64,000 nucleotides of DNA from Phoronis australis (GCA_002633005.1 NMRA01000070.1:292141-356140); one strand, 5' to 3'. Numbered from the stretch's first letter, positions 24,601-39,600 are shown. A program made the numbers and translations. Notes: generated by a model not told the origin, from the sequence alone.

Positions 24601-27600
24601 TTTAATATTTCGTTCACAAGGCTTGGCTACGATAGGTTCCATAAGCACACTGAAATTGGCAACAGTCAGTTGCACGGGTCCTGGATTTTGAGTACCAGTT
24701 TGATGGCTGTTACACAGTGGGCAAAGTTGACTCTCAAAATGTGGCAAACCTGTTAATGACCCTAAAATTTTATCTCTGTATAAGCAATCGTTGCCTTGAA
24801 TGTCCTAGCGTTTTTCTGTGTCTCCCCAGTCTATGCATGACGTTGCCTCATTTTTTTGCAGAAAGTGGAGATCCCAAGCACGACATCGGCCATGTGCTGG
24901 ATTTTCTCACACGGTTGCGCCACCTAAGGGTCATTGGAAGTACTAACACTGTGGAGAAGAGCAATATCAACATGAATGATCTGGAGTTTGACTTGAGTCA
25001 CTTCAAAGGGTTGCAAGTATTAGAGGTTGGTTTTAAGTGCAACAGTGTTGGTGGTGAGGATGCACGTACTCTCAAGAGGGGAGTGTATGAGTTAAACATT
25101 GAATAAAATTAGGTTACCTGGCTTTTGTAGGCGCAATAATCTTAAAGTGCCATGCTGTCCTAGTGAAGTCAATAACCTGCCGTTGAAGCAATGAATTAAT
25201 TCCATTTGGTGCATGGCTGTGTAATTGGGAAAGCCAGCTGGTATTTGAAAGCAACAGCAGCAAGGTGTTCCATCCAAAAACATGAATCAGAGCTAGGTGG
25301 CGCTACTTGTGGCTTTATGTTATGTTAATGTTTTTAATGCTATACTGTCGTTTAGTTTAGAACACCAGATTTCTCCATTGAAGTCTTAATTTTGGCAAAA
25401 GTTGTAAACATTTCAAGAGAATCGGAAGAAATGCTGCTATGAATTGGGAGAGATTGAAAAATTTTGACAGAAAGATATTTGGACATATTTCAATTCTTTT
25501 GTTTTTCTTTCCTCATTAAAACGCTTGGAATTCATTAAGGTGCTAGGGAAACAATGTTATACCTGTTGATGTATTCACGCGATAACCTTAAGAGACCTAT
25601 ATAATCTCCCAAAGACTGTCATCGTGGGAAACATCCTTCCCTGAGCAAGTTTACAAAAATAGTTGTTTTAGCTGTGATTAGCGAATATTGAGTTTCCCAT
25701 TGTATGGAATATGCTGCAGCTGTTGTTGACGTTTTTCAGCTGCACAACTGCAGTGCTGCTAAAATCCTTGGTCTGGACACCATCAAAAGAAATCTCAAGA
25801 AGATCTGCGCACATCGATCTGTCAAAGCTGTTAAGGTAGTTCATCCAGCACTGATTTCGTCCATCGACTTTTTCATATTTGTTGTGTGCAGAAGATGTCA
25901 AGGCAATTGGCTGGCACATAAGTTTGCTTTTTTCGGTATGAAAAGATAAGTAGGAAACTTCCCAGGTTAGAATTGCTGTGGTTTTGCAGCCAGCAATTAC
26001 TAAGGACTGCTTGTGTAGGAAGTAAACTTTCAATTATACTTGTTGCAAATGTGGGGTGTGTTTCATGGAAAGTGATAAAGAGTTTTGTTTCACCTTACAC
26101 CCACATAATTATTTGTGAAAAGTATTTTAATCTTAATTTGCAAAAAGTCTCTGAAAATATACCCATAACTAGAGGTTAGTAATGGTTTAGGTGTTGCTAA
26201 ACTCTGAGGTGCATAGAAAAATTTGTTTAATAATTATAGCAAATGTATATGCAAGACCAAAATTTAAACTAGAGTCATTTTTCATAAAACAAACCCCTTG
26301 CCTGTGTTCCCTAGTTGCAAGAATCTCATCAGGTCTAAAATCACCTGAGAATTTGTGAGATATCACCATGTGTTATTACTAGCATATTTGGGAAAATCTT
26401 ACATATACGCAGCGCATGCCTGGTCTTAACATAGTATCAAATAAATGTGTATACCATCTGAAAAAAATCATGTGTACTGAGCATTCAGTAGCTATCAAGA
26501 CTGACATTTAAGCTGCCTTCATCACATAGTTCTTACTAACACTTCAACGTTTCTTGTGAATTAACCCTTGTGAAAAGAAGCAAGATTGTCACTAGCTCAC
26601 CACGATTCATCAAGTGCCTGATGAGGTCATGTCTATATGTCTTGGAAATTACTCTTTGCATATGTATATTTCCAGGAAATTACTCTTCGTGATCTTCCCG
26701 ATTGGGTTCCGTTCACTAGGCAACAGGCAATAAAGTCTTGTTATTTGCTTTAAACTTGGTTTTATAGCCCACATTCAGTTTTGACCGGCGTTTCTGTCAA
26801 TGTGGTGTAGCTCATATTATTTCAGTTTCATGACTACGACTAAATCTACTGTTTTGTATTTCATAGCAAAATATGTCAAATTGAAATGCAATGCCAGCTT
26901 TGCTGTACTACATGGTATTTTAACAGTAATGTGTAGTTTTAATCATGCATTAGCTGGACAACAATCTGGTTTTTGTGGTACTGAGGGGAATTATGCCCAT
27001 CGGTTTATATTCGGAAAATCTTCTAAAAGATATTATGTTGAAAATCTGATGAATTGTTCTAAAATGTGTATTGATATGAAGTTTTGTTGATTTTGGTAAG
27101 ACGTAATATTTTTTGGGATTGTGATTTCACTCAAATGACTATCATCTAACGAGACATTGCATGTTGTGACTTGGTTGGTAACTAATAGTATTTACCTCAG
27201 TACAAAGGACAGTTTTAACACTCAGTCTCTGTGTTTGCTAAATGCGAAATACATGCTGACAAATAAGATTCTTACTAATGACATACAACTTCATACATTA
27301 AAAACATGTTTGTTTCAAGCAGTTTCTGAAAATACACCGTGGGTTATATTTGGATTCATTTCACATTTTTGAAAGGCTGTTTGTAAATGCTCACCCATGG
27401 GTCTAGTTTGGGAAATTCCGGTTAATGCAGTCGACGAAAATGTGTCGTGAATAGCCATGTTTCACCAGTGACTGAATGTGGGCTTTGTTAGGTAAGCCTG
27501 TGTTATGTTGGGTTATATTCGGGGCATGTGTGCTTCACATTGCTTTTGGCTTGATGGGTGTACAGTAAAGATTCTTCCAATTTGGATTAATGATAATTGG

Positions 27601-30600
27601 CGGAAATTCTGAACATTTTGTCAGCAATGCTGGAACGTGACGCATGTACTGCACAATCCATGGTAGCAATGAGGCAGTGTTCAGTGTTTATGTCACGGAA
27701 TTTCACAAAATATTTTTTCTGTCTTATTGTGGCTTTAATTGAAAGATCTTTGCTGTACATGTACAGTACAGTTCACACATGAATGTCTTACGCGTGGCTA
27801 CGTTTGATCAGGCAAGCTAATGCTGTTACCTCATTTGGATTTTCTCGCTCCCCTACTTACCATTGCTCGGTTACCTTGAAAAAGACTACTCGTGAGTTGG
27901 CTTGTCAAAACAACTTGAACAAGCGTGTTGGGCCAGACACCTTTTCCAACATCTTATTCCAAGCTTTGACAACTTTGCCTTTTGATAACCAATGCTGTGC
28001 AAGCTTGAATATGATTCAAGCTGACTGTCTTTTATTGGTCAATTCTTGTTCCCACTTATGATCAAAATAAACACGTCCCGTGCCTTGATCAACCGTGACC
28101 GCGTGGCTCCCTCGGTACACTTAGGTACGCTGAAATAAAGACACCTGCCATATTGTTACCAAGGTCACGCAAGCTCGTTGTGGAATCTTGATGAAGTTTG
28201 GCCCAAAAAAACTTGTTATTGTATTGTCCAAGCTTGAATAATAATATTGGCCAAGGTGGAGTTCTTTTATGCTTAATTAAGCTCGCCTTGCTGGGAGATT
28301 GATCGTCTTACCGCCTCCTTCAGGTATCTGGTCACTGCCGTGTTGCCACCGTTTGACAAAATATTCATGAACTGGACTAGGATTTTCAGCAGGAGTGTAA
28401 AGTGATATCTTTTAATTGGTTGAATTATTTTGAGCCTTGAATTTGGGCTAAGATTTTTTGACACATAAGTGAAAGATATCCGCAATTTTCATTTCTGGCT
28501 CATATGACACTGTAGTGTCAAAACTTTGTTGACTAGTGAGGGCTTGTGTGCATGTGAAAACTGTCGGAAATCCAAAGAAGTTGATAAGATATGTCAGTTA
28601 GCGACATTGATGGGAGATACGACAGGTAATTACATTGATTTCATTTCTCCTTACTTGATGAGGAGTTGCACTGATATCAAACGATGGGCAAACGGAGCTG
28701 GGAATGCTTGCAGTACTCTGTAGAGAGTGTTCCTATGATTTCCTTTCTGCCAAATGTAGTAATTGTGCTATGGGTGAGTGTTGGCATAGTTGATCTTAGA
28801 GAAGTCATAGACTTGTGCTAAGGAAAGGGACTCGTTAGACACTCGAGGAGTGACGTCTTAGACAGTGAGATGAGTGTACAGTGACAGAGTTTCATGAGTT
28901 TTATTCAAATGTTGTGTTACTGTAAAAACGTAATGTAATTTAAAAGTGAGGCAAAGGATACAATAGGCCAGAGTCAATCTTCCAAAGGTGACTCCCATTG
29001 GAATGTTGTTACAATGCTACATGAGGGAATCGCTTTTTGGAAAGCGAAACTAATTTTCTCAATACTTTTCTCACACTGGCAGCGCACAATAAAATATTTA
29101 ACTCCTAATAAAAGAAAGTTATTGCGTTCAACATGCTGGATAGGCACCTCACTGTCTTACACGGTCATGTCCCTGTTGCTCATTAACAAATATGAATTAC
29201 ATTTATTATGCTTAACAAACTGGTAAAGGTGTACATTACCTGAACAAGTATCACTAAAGCTAAGACTGCATTGTGTCCTGTTTAGCAGGCTAAAAAAATT
29301 TAAAATTGGTCTTTTACGGTTAGTCTTATCATATTCCTTACCGTGATAGAATTCTATTTCGGTTACTAACAACTCAAATCATAGGCAATTTGTACATGCG
29401 CCATTTTTGAATTCACAAGCACTTTCTTGAGAATCTGATGGTTTCGATCATTTTGTTGACATAAAATCCTATTATGGTAAGGAATATTATGAGACTGGTT
29501 TTTTTGAAGTACAAACTGTAATTCAGTTTTCGTTAATAACCGGCTAAACAGGGCAATGGTTTGTCTTAGGCTGAACAATTCTGTGCGTGCACTCCTGTTT
29601 TGTGCTATAAACTGTCTTATCTTCTTATTTAAAAAGCTAACTATTGATTTAGACCAATTTCTGTCGTGATGTTCCTTACTCAGATTAGAAATGATTTCTG
29701 CATGAGGCTTGATACCACAGTGGGTTTGACTTGGTGGCTTACTTATGTGCCAAGCATGATGTTACTCAATAAGTTGATGAACTGTTAGCTCTTTCCAAGT
29801 CTAATCTGAGGCCTAACTGCAGTAATTGATCTAAATCAAACGTTAGTTTTTGACACAAGGTGGGCTTAGCACATTTAGTCTGTTCATACAGGTGTTTTAT
29901 ATGGTAGCAGGTTCAGTGTCGTCATTTAGGCATTTAATGTCGGGTCCACGTATTTTGCCTGTGACCATAAATTTTATGGTTCGATATCAAGCTTTGCTGA
30001 TCAGTGGCATGTCTGATGCTGTTGTTAATTGCTTAATCTCTAATATTCAGGATCTGTTGATACATGAGGACACAACGTGCTGGAATCCATTTGATGAAGA
30101 CGGTGTGTCTTTGCCTGAATGGAGCAAGGTGTCATGGTTAGATCTGAGTGACAATGATGTTGGTGAAATGGATGAAAGTCTGGTAAGTGGGTGCAATATG
30201 TAGGTTGAAGTAAAAAGACGAAATTAGTTTATAGACCACTCTCGTGTTCCGTGCATTTTTGTGCACCCGAAAATTTAGATGAAGTGATTCGGATGAAAAC
30301 ATCACTATTTAGAAATGTGCCTTGTGCGTTTGATTTGAATGATGATTGGGGATGAATTGAGAATAATCAAGCATTGATTGTTGTAAGAAAATGAGATTAA
30401 GAAAACGAAAACTAAAATATTTGACGTAACTAAGGTTTTATATTTATTTTTATTTATCTTTCTTTATTCCTTATAATTGTGCTCAACACTGCACTAATTT
30501 TAATATATGTTTTAAACTATATTTAAAAATACAAATTTCTGTTTATTTTTATTCATATATTAAAATCACACCATGTTTAAAATCTCCCAGTTAGGTTTTC

Positions 30601-33600
30601 TAACAGTGACTCATGCTTAATTTCTCATAATTGCACTGTCTATAAACTGATAACGTGTTCGTCGGTGGCTTCCTTGTCTAGATTCTCCGGTGCAAGCTTT
30701 TTTCAAGTAGTTGGTTTTAACTTGACTTATTTATCACGTTATCTGACTTTAAGAAACTGCTACCACGGGTGGAGTATCTAGACTTCCATAACAACCGTCT
30801 GGAGGGTGTTGCCTACCTGAGTCATCTGAGCTGTTTGACACACCTGGACCTTTCCAATAACTGCATTCACCTCCTGAGTGACCTTCACACCAAGCTGGGC
30901 AACATCAAGAGTCTCAACCTGGCTGGGAACAAACTGGAGAGTCTCCAAGGTATGTGCCCTAGGCTGTAACGCCACCTAGTGAAAGGATGGTGAACAACAC
31001 GCAGAAATCTCGGTGTGGGCATGGGTGCGCATGGCTTAGTTTGAACATTTATCACATATCGTAGAGTTTGTGTCCTGTCATTTAGATGAGTCCGAAACAG
31101 CAACCATGTGGTCTCTGAGTAAGTAAATTGCTTACCTGTCTCATGATCAATAGAACATGTTTATTCTATGTGATGGCAATCCAGAGACCGTGGTACACAT
31201 GGTTGGAGGGGAATATCTAAACCATGTTACTTATTAACCCATATATTGTGTGGGAATGAGCTGGAAAAATTCGAACACTTAAACGGCATTTTGTTGTTTT
31301 CTTTGACGCCATGTAGTCTTGCATCTGTCAAAAAACTCAAACTTGAGTGTAATACATCATTCTGTTCTTGTGGTTGCAGCAGCCATAAGCCCCATTGACA
31401 TTTCTCAATAGATGGAGCAGTAGGCTGATTCATTTCTCAACATCAGCCAGTCGGAGTGTTTGAAATGTTATTTCCCAACCAATTGGAATGTCCCAGTGTT
31501 AGTTTTGTCCTGTTAACTAATGGTAAGCCATGTTACATGGTAGTTTCACAGTGCTACCCCTCGTGACACTGGGATAAAATGTACAAATATGTTTAGATAA
31601 GACTAATTTATGAGCATTTAGGTAGAATTTTAGTAATTTTGGACACATTACAAGGGACAAGAACTCTAATTTTTATTATACAGATACTAAGTAGCAACAA
31701 AGCAACATTTTTATTATCATTTTCAAGTTGTACTTGACGAATAATTCAAATTTGTTTGCTTGTTAAATAAAGTGCTGCAGTTAACATATTGCATTCCTTT
31801 GAAATTTTTGATCATTCACAACAATTAGAAGCCCGTTAGGAATGGAGAAAGATGATTGTGGCTATTGCTTTTGTCTGAAATTTGGAAAATTTAAAAATTG
31901 GCTGGTAAAATGTGTGGAAATCATTATGCTGAAGTGGTTAACCATGGATGTGAGGTTTTTAAAATGTTTAAACTGCCGTTGGAAATCCTCTGTTGGTGGT
32001 AGGGGATCTGTTAAAAATGGTTCCACTCTTTTGAATGTTAACTCTAAATCTAGGCTGTGAAAGTTTCAAAGCATTTGTTAAGTCCAACTTCTTCCTATTC
32101 GAAGAAAAATAATAATTGCAAAAATTGTCATTTTTCAAAAGCTCGTAACTAAAGGTGAGAATTTCACCACCTGTTGGTTGACGAGAGGTGTATAATGTAA
32201 ACTTTGCTAAAAATGAAATCAGAGTTTCAACAGTCTTAGCTAAGACCAGACTTATGAACTTGGATGAAACGAGTCCATGATGTTTATTTCTTGAACATTT
32301 GTATGTATCAAAAAGTCAGATACCCGATAGTAGAGTGTCGCTTTTGAGTTTACCTTCCAGCCATAATTTTACTGTTCTAGGTATAGCTAAACTCTACTCG
32401 TTAGAGTACCTTGATGTTGGCAACAACGAGATATCACAGATCTTGGAGATACGCCATGTGGCCCACTTGCCGTGCCTGGAGAATCTCAACCTGTCTGGTA
32501 ACCCAGTAACTGTTGTCCTTGACTACAGGATAAAGGTGCTTCAGCTATTTGGAAACAGAGCTAACGAGGTAGTATGCTGGGAAACTTTGTTGATAATTTG
32601 AACTGGCCGGCAATACAGTTACAAAGTCATTACCTAGTGGTCCATGTTTCTTGCTTTAGCTTGGTTCAAGAAAGTACATGGTAAAATGTATGTGTAGCCA
32701 GCATAAAAATGGGGGTGTTTGAGACGTGTCTTATGGATTACTCTTTGGTTGCATAGACGTTAGTAGACACATCGATGATTTTTGAAAATCGATAAGGTTC
32801 AATACACAGAGTATGTGCCCATATTCATTCTGGTCTTTGAAAACAGATACATTTAGAAAATTAATGTGGTCAGTAACATGTTCCGTCTATCTAATTGCCC
32901 ACAGGTCAGTCTGGACAATCAAAAGATCAATGAGCGTGAGATGGACACTCTAGCCGTGTTGATGGCTATACAGAAGGCTAGAGAGATAAAGGAGAGGGGC
33001 AAGAGGACGCAGTCACGCATGGTGAGCTGCCATATCATATCTCTGGCTCAAATTTACACGTTCCTCTCCCGAAGCTTATCCAAAACTATTTAACCAAACA
33101 AATTTTATTGAATAGTAGGCTTGGATCATTATTAGTAGGCCACTGACATTTTAATATGTTTTACGGCTATTGTAATGTTTACTTGAATACATTAAAGATG
33201 TATTTGCATGCTCCTAAGCTGCTAATGTATAACGGGAACTAAGCGACAATGTTGTATGCACATCATCTACACTAATTAAAGTGCAGTTGTATTCACATGT
33301 CTGACAACTTGTAAGTGTGAAATCAAAAAATTCTGCCAATAGGTGGCCTTTGCATTAATGGTGTACCTTGGGGGCTCACATAGCTCTCATCATGCAGTCT
33401 TATTCCCTAACATCTGGCTACGATACTTGCTGGACATGGTACAGTGATTTGCGGTGGATCATTTTCGCCAAAAAACTCATTCTTAAAAACAGCTGGGAAT
33501 TTTCAACCTACTTCATATTCACATCGTCACTATATGTTGTGTTTTTAACTAATTTGACTAAGCAATCATAGAGATAAGGAATTTGCCTGCAAGTTCCACT

Positions 33601-36600
33601 TTAAGGTATCCTCAAATTTGAACAAAATTAATGACCAAAATTGTCATATTTTCCTATTTTGGGCTTGGAGGGGGTACATAGTCCACATAGTGTCTTAGAA
33701 TTTTGCGGGTGACTGTAAATCATGGTGTCATTCACGCACAATAGGCCTTTTGTGATAAGCAAGGTCAGTGGAAAGTAGTTCTATGTGAGCCCTGCTCTTA
33801 GTCACACGGCAGTCACAGTTGGACTGTCTAATTAAACACAGTTTAACAAAGGGTTTTTGATCCTGGTTGAGAAGATAATTATTTTATTACTCCCTGTACA
33901 TTATGAATAGCTGAGCCCAGAATGATTTTCAAACTCTGTATTGCCAAAAATGTTGAAAAATTTTTCATCATGTGTTTGTTGATGACAGTCGTACTAATTT
34001 GAAGACATTTTACCGTTAGTAGTGATTTGAAGGCAAGTTCTTGTATTTAACCGCCTCGTTTACTTATTTTCAAAGTCTGTAAAAAGTATTTTTATTGCTT
34101 GAGACATTATGGACTGCTATCAATTCTTCTCTTTTTCAAGGGTATTTTTCATTGGGTTTTATTTCTTTCTATTTTAGTCCGTAAAGTTATTGTGTATCAG
34201 ATAGCATAATCCTAAGTAGCCATGTTGCTCGGTTAAAGGTGTCATAACGTCTTGTTACTCTCCAGTATTGGAGATTAATTTAACTCCAGTCATTGACTTC
34301 CTGTTTGATTTGCAGCAGTCTGTAGAAGTAAACATTGAGGAACGAACAGAGAGTAAAGATGCTGCTGCAGGTGATTTTCATGATTGTTTCTGATCTTGTT
34401 AAAAATTCCGTTATGATCCGTTGTTGTGCGAGCCGTGTTGTCTGCGGCTGATAAGTTCTGTGATAATAGGTCTTGAGGAATGAGATGTCACTTTTGATAG
34501 CTGTTGAAAGAAGTCAATTCCTATGCACCACACATTTTGAATAGCTTTCCTACACTTAAATGTCTGTCAGAAAATTTCATGCTTAACCCCAACGTCATAT
34601 GTAATCCGAACTGGCGGCCTTTAAAAGATCACGACCATTCGGCATTGTTCTGTTGCAGGGACCTCTGATGGCGAAACCGCAGCGACTCAGTCCGAGGTTG
34701 GCACACTACAGCTGAAGATTGAGTCAATCAGAGAGAAGGCTGGCGAGGGTTGGTTGCAGACATTGAACGCCCTACAGAATACACCACCTGTCAAGGTGCA
34801 GTCCATTGGAAATGCTGATGCCAATTTAGTCAAGACTGAGTACTAAGTGATGGCCTGAGATTGTGGTGTTAACAAACATGGCTTTGGTCACTTACAGGGG
34901 TCTTGGATGTTGAGAACCAGGGCCCGGTCTCTAATCTTTGTACTCGAAACGAACTCGAAACTATTTTTGGCAATTTCTCTGCTCCTTTTGTGCGAACTTA
35001 AGATAATTGGTTATCAGACTGTGCTCGAATACATTATAGTTTATGCATAGGAGTTTCTAGTTCAAGTTTGCCCTTGAAGACCCTTGTATTCGTGCTACAA
35101 ACTCGAGTAAAAACTCGAAATTTCGAGTTCAAACTCGAACTTATTGCTTTAATATTGGGTTTACAAACTGTGAACTAAGGGCAATAAATTATCTACGTAA
35201 GTTATTGTGTACTCGAGCATAGAATAATNNNNNNNNNNNNNNNNNNNNNNNNNNNNNNNNNNNNNNNNNNNNNNNNNNNNNNNNNNNNNNNNNNNNNNNN
35301 NNNNNNNNNNNNNNNNNNNNNNNNNNNNNNNNNNNNNNNNNNNNNNNNNNNNNNNNNNNNNNNNNNNNNNNNNNNNNNNNNNNNNNNNNNNNNNNNNNNN
35401 NNNNNNNNNNNNNNNNNNNNNNNNNNNNNNNNNNNNNNNNNNCAGTTTACACCCACGAACAAGCAAAATGCATGGCACAGTTTACACCCACGAACAAGCA
35501 AAATGCATGGCACAGTTTACACCCACGAACAAGCAAAATGCATGGCACAGTTTCTATCACACCATCTCCCTTTATCAACTTTGGAAAGTCCAGTGGCACA
35601 GCAAACTGCTTCAGTTTATGAATCAAATGCTTTTAAAAACTATTGGAAACATTATGCTGTAATTCTAGAAGAAGAGGGAGTGACCCGGGCATTACTTTTC
35701 GAGTGGAAACTTTATATCATCATTGCTCGAATATTATAGGTTTGTTTTGACAGCGGAATGTCTCAGTGTGTGCCCCCTCAGTTGGAAGGCCTTAGTGTCT
35801 GTCTTAAGGCTATCGATATTATTTTTGTTTGAATTTCAGGAAACTTCACTTTTCTGAAAATAGAAACCCAGTAAACTTTTAATTAGTCTTTAACAGTGTA
35901 ATACACTTAAGTTTCATCAAGCTTTGCTTGTGTGCAGCATGTGAACATGTTTATATTTCATCTAGTCTCTGTTCCGTGCATTATTTATCGTTGATCTCTA
36001 AACATTTCAGGTTCATGATTTTGACTCCCCGTACGTGTCACCCAACCTGTCTCCTGGACCAGCGCCACCTACCACCATAGTTCTCACACATAACAGGTGC
36101 GTGGCTTTCCCCATGTTGTAACTAGAAGGAGGAATATAATGTTGCAACCTGTGCACAAGTCAACACACTCTGTGTGTCGTGTCTCTACAGTTGTATAACT
36201 TTTCTCCAAGCTGGTTTGTCTGGATAAACTTAACTTTAAATGTGCCAGTTAGAGACCTAAGGATGGGCAACTTAATTTGCAAGATGGTAGTTTTAAATGT
36301 GAAATGTTATGCATGAGCAGTATTAATAGCAAAATACTGTAGATAAAGTCACGACCTTGTGGGCGAAACAGTGAAAACGTTTAAAGATGCAACTATCTCA
36401 AATATAACATTTTTGCTTACATTCAGATTTTAGCCCAGTTGTTATTCTTGTTGAGTGTATGCGTATCGTGCATGATCACATTGATGCATTATAAATGTTG
36501 CCAAACAAAATGTTGACTGGCTTATAAACCTTTCAATGAAAATATTGAACATACATTCAACAGCAGGTGTAAATTTTAAGATGGGGAATACTGTCTTTTA

Positions 36601-39600
36601 GTCTACGTATTTTTTTGAAAATTAAATAATTCATGACTGCTGAGTATCAGGCAAATAGCTAAGTATTTGTATAAAAAAGTTATGGTCAAATTTTATTGCC
36701 ATGTTCTCGTTCTTTTGCATGATTTCGTATTCTGTAGAACACAAAGACAAGACCAAGTGTTTGTTTTTACTTGACAATTGACCTATCGTCAGGACCTTGA
36801 GTGACAGCTTAACTGACCGTCCATTTAGAACTCATCAGTCTTGACACACCTTCGTTTCCAAGCTGCCATTTTACCCGACAAACAACCCGTTGCCGAGTAA
36901 AACTTATTGTTTGTTAGTCGACATTACGCAAGGGGGCGGAGCTTGTGATAGGTCAACTACAATGCTGCTTAACATTTAGATCAATCACACAAGAAAAATG
37001 TGATTTGATGTATTACTAAAATAATCCCTTAGTCAATCAACATGCAATGATGAAAGATTTTACCTCGCACTGTATTTCTTTAATCTGCTACAGGGTGGCC
37101 CAAAGCCAGCCTCCACTTGTGCTGCCAGTTCTGGTCCATGGTCTCCTCCCAGTCTCACTTCCCAAGATGGAGGATGCTGGGTTCATGTCCTACATACAGA
37201 CACTAGCTCAACAGACTAACCTTGACCAGGATAATTCATTTACGGAAGTGATTTGGTGCCATCTTATTTATCAACCAAATCCTACGATAGCATTCCCGTG
37301 TTGCGTGGCTCTGACAAAATCCTCGCTCCATCTGTATGAACTTGTGGACAATGACGCAGTAATGATGCATAGAGAGATCCCACGCCTCAAGTTCCATCAT
37401 CAAATAAGTCTTGACACAATCACACATGTTATTACGGGTATGAATGATGTGTACATGAAGGTTTTCTCAAGGGCAAGTAATGTAGTTCTCATTTGCCTCG
37501 ACTCCAACCCACCGTTTATGGATCTGATGATGCGGTTCAAAACGAACCGAGGATGTGACCACGTTGAGTACTCATGCGAAAGCGATGAGATTCAAAGAGT
37601 TCTTGAGAGCCATACTGAAGCAGGCGATGTTTTGTTATATGCTTTGTGTGTGTGTTCACTCGCAGAGAACAGTGATTCGCAGAGTTGTCTCAGTAAAACA
37701 AAAGAGGTCTATGCTGTAGTGGTTACGAACACGAAGTTGTTTCTGGCTAGACACAACTATTTCCGCCGTGTCGGAGATGTGTCTTCCATCTTGGATGTTG
37801 TAAAGACATTTTCATTGGAAGGAGATGTTGAGAATGTGGTAACATTTTCTGCACCAGAGGGTGCTTATCAATCTGTTAAAGTATTTTTCGTAGACACTAA
37901 AGGTGGTTCTAAGGTAGACCTTATGTTATACATGGCAAACAATTTGCTCAGTTTTGGTTTTGCAGAGTTTTTTAAAATCTCCGATGATCAAAACATGGGC
38001 AAAAGCAATGTGCTGGAATGCGAATCCCATGCTGAAATTACGAGTGGAGCGATGCCTATTGACAGACTAAATGATCAACAAGACTTGGATCAGCAGTCGA
38101 GCAGTCAAGTTAAGCATGTTGAAATTTGCACAGAAATTAATACCGTAACCTCCACAAGTGCAACTGAAAGTGTCGTAGTTCCAGATAACCAGTTGGTGGC
38201 TGAAAAACATTCGCCAGAGGAAGTCACGCCACGTGTAAGTCCTCAAATCAGTCCACTGCCTGCAGCTGACAGTGGTGATGGTCTGAGTTTGAGCGATGCT
38301 GTCGTGTCTACTTGTGGTGCTGACACCTATACCATGCCTGACAATTCTGGTGTTGATAGTGCCACCAAAGTGTCTGATGCACGTATTAGCAAGGATGACT
38401 GGGCTGTTATTGACACCATCACAGCTGCAGGAAGTGATATTCGTCACGTTGTGAGCACTGATATGCCCTCTAGCGTTGTTGAAGGCCAATTGTCCTCCAG
38501 CGTAAATTTCAACTCTGCATCCATTCCACCCATTGTTGCAGAAAATCTGTTTGAAACGGGTATTCCTGGTGAACCTGTTGATGTCGAACACGTTAAAAAG
38601 AGGCGGTCGCGGTATAAGCGAAACAAGAAAGGTCTCATGTCTCCTGATAGCATCAGTACGGCTAGTTCGGGTTCACTGAACAGCTCCCCGACAAGCACCC
38701 CTGAACGGACCATTGTCAGCAGGTCATTACAGCACATACAAGAGGCGCGTAAAACTGAGACGTCCGCTCAACTCCGTGCTGCCTTCAGCAAGACTGAGCA
38801 AGAGAGTAGACCCTCATCCGGCAGTGCTTTAGACTCTGATGTAGATGTTGTAGACACCAGACAGTCCAGTGACGGTCCTGTGAGAGAAGACATGAGCTCC
38901 CTTTATGCTCTCTTGAAAGAGGATAGCTCACAAACTGTCAAACACTTCCATGCTATGCCAAAAGATAATCCGTCTCCAGAGAACATTCCTGTTGTCACAA
39001 CCTCCACTATGTCTCCAGGTGCACCCTTAAGGTTAAATATAGCGTCCCCACCAGTCACTTTGAGTCTTGGCTACCCCAGCCGCGAGCTCTTGGTTCACCT
39101 GGGAAAATGCAATCAAAGCATGGATCTTATTAACCCTTTGACAAAACAGATGAATGGGCTGGCCTCAATGACTGGAGAGGAGGTGATGAATTTCTTCCAC
39201 AGCGCCATAGTGCAGATTGGCTCCGAGGGTGAAGAGCTATGCCATCTGGTGTGGGCCTGTGTGATCCCATTTATCCAGCCAAAACAGGAGATCATCACGT
39301 GTGTCATGCTGAGCACACGAGCAGTGTACTTTGTGTCCGACAGTTTAGTTTTGACTGGGCGTGTGTCTACAACATCGTTCCGCAGCCACACTCGCAACAA
39401 GTCGGATTCTCTTGTGAGTGAGAGGTCAAGCACATTCACTGGGAGTCAGAGCTACTCATCCACGCACCTGGGTACTCGGGCCGGAGTGGTGAAACCGTAT
39501 CACATCTTGCAGCTGAGTGATCTGAAGCACGTCAACGTGGGAATGTTCGATCAGAGCTTCCGTTTGGCTGGGGCCACTCCGGAGTCTGTGTATAGCTGTG

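Noticed and set aside
35442-35533. 35-bp repeats as a CRISPR array
   Set aside because: Head-to-tail identical repeats with no spacers, eukaryotic context, no cas genes.
38067-39439. Antisense ORFs of 97-174 aa
   Set aside because: Shadows of the long NISCH coding exon; no recognisable domain.
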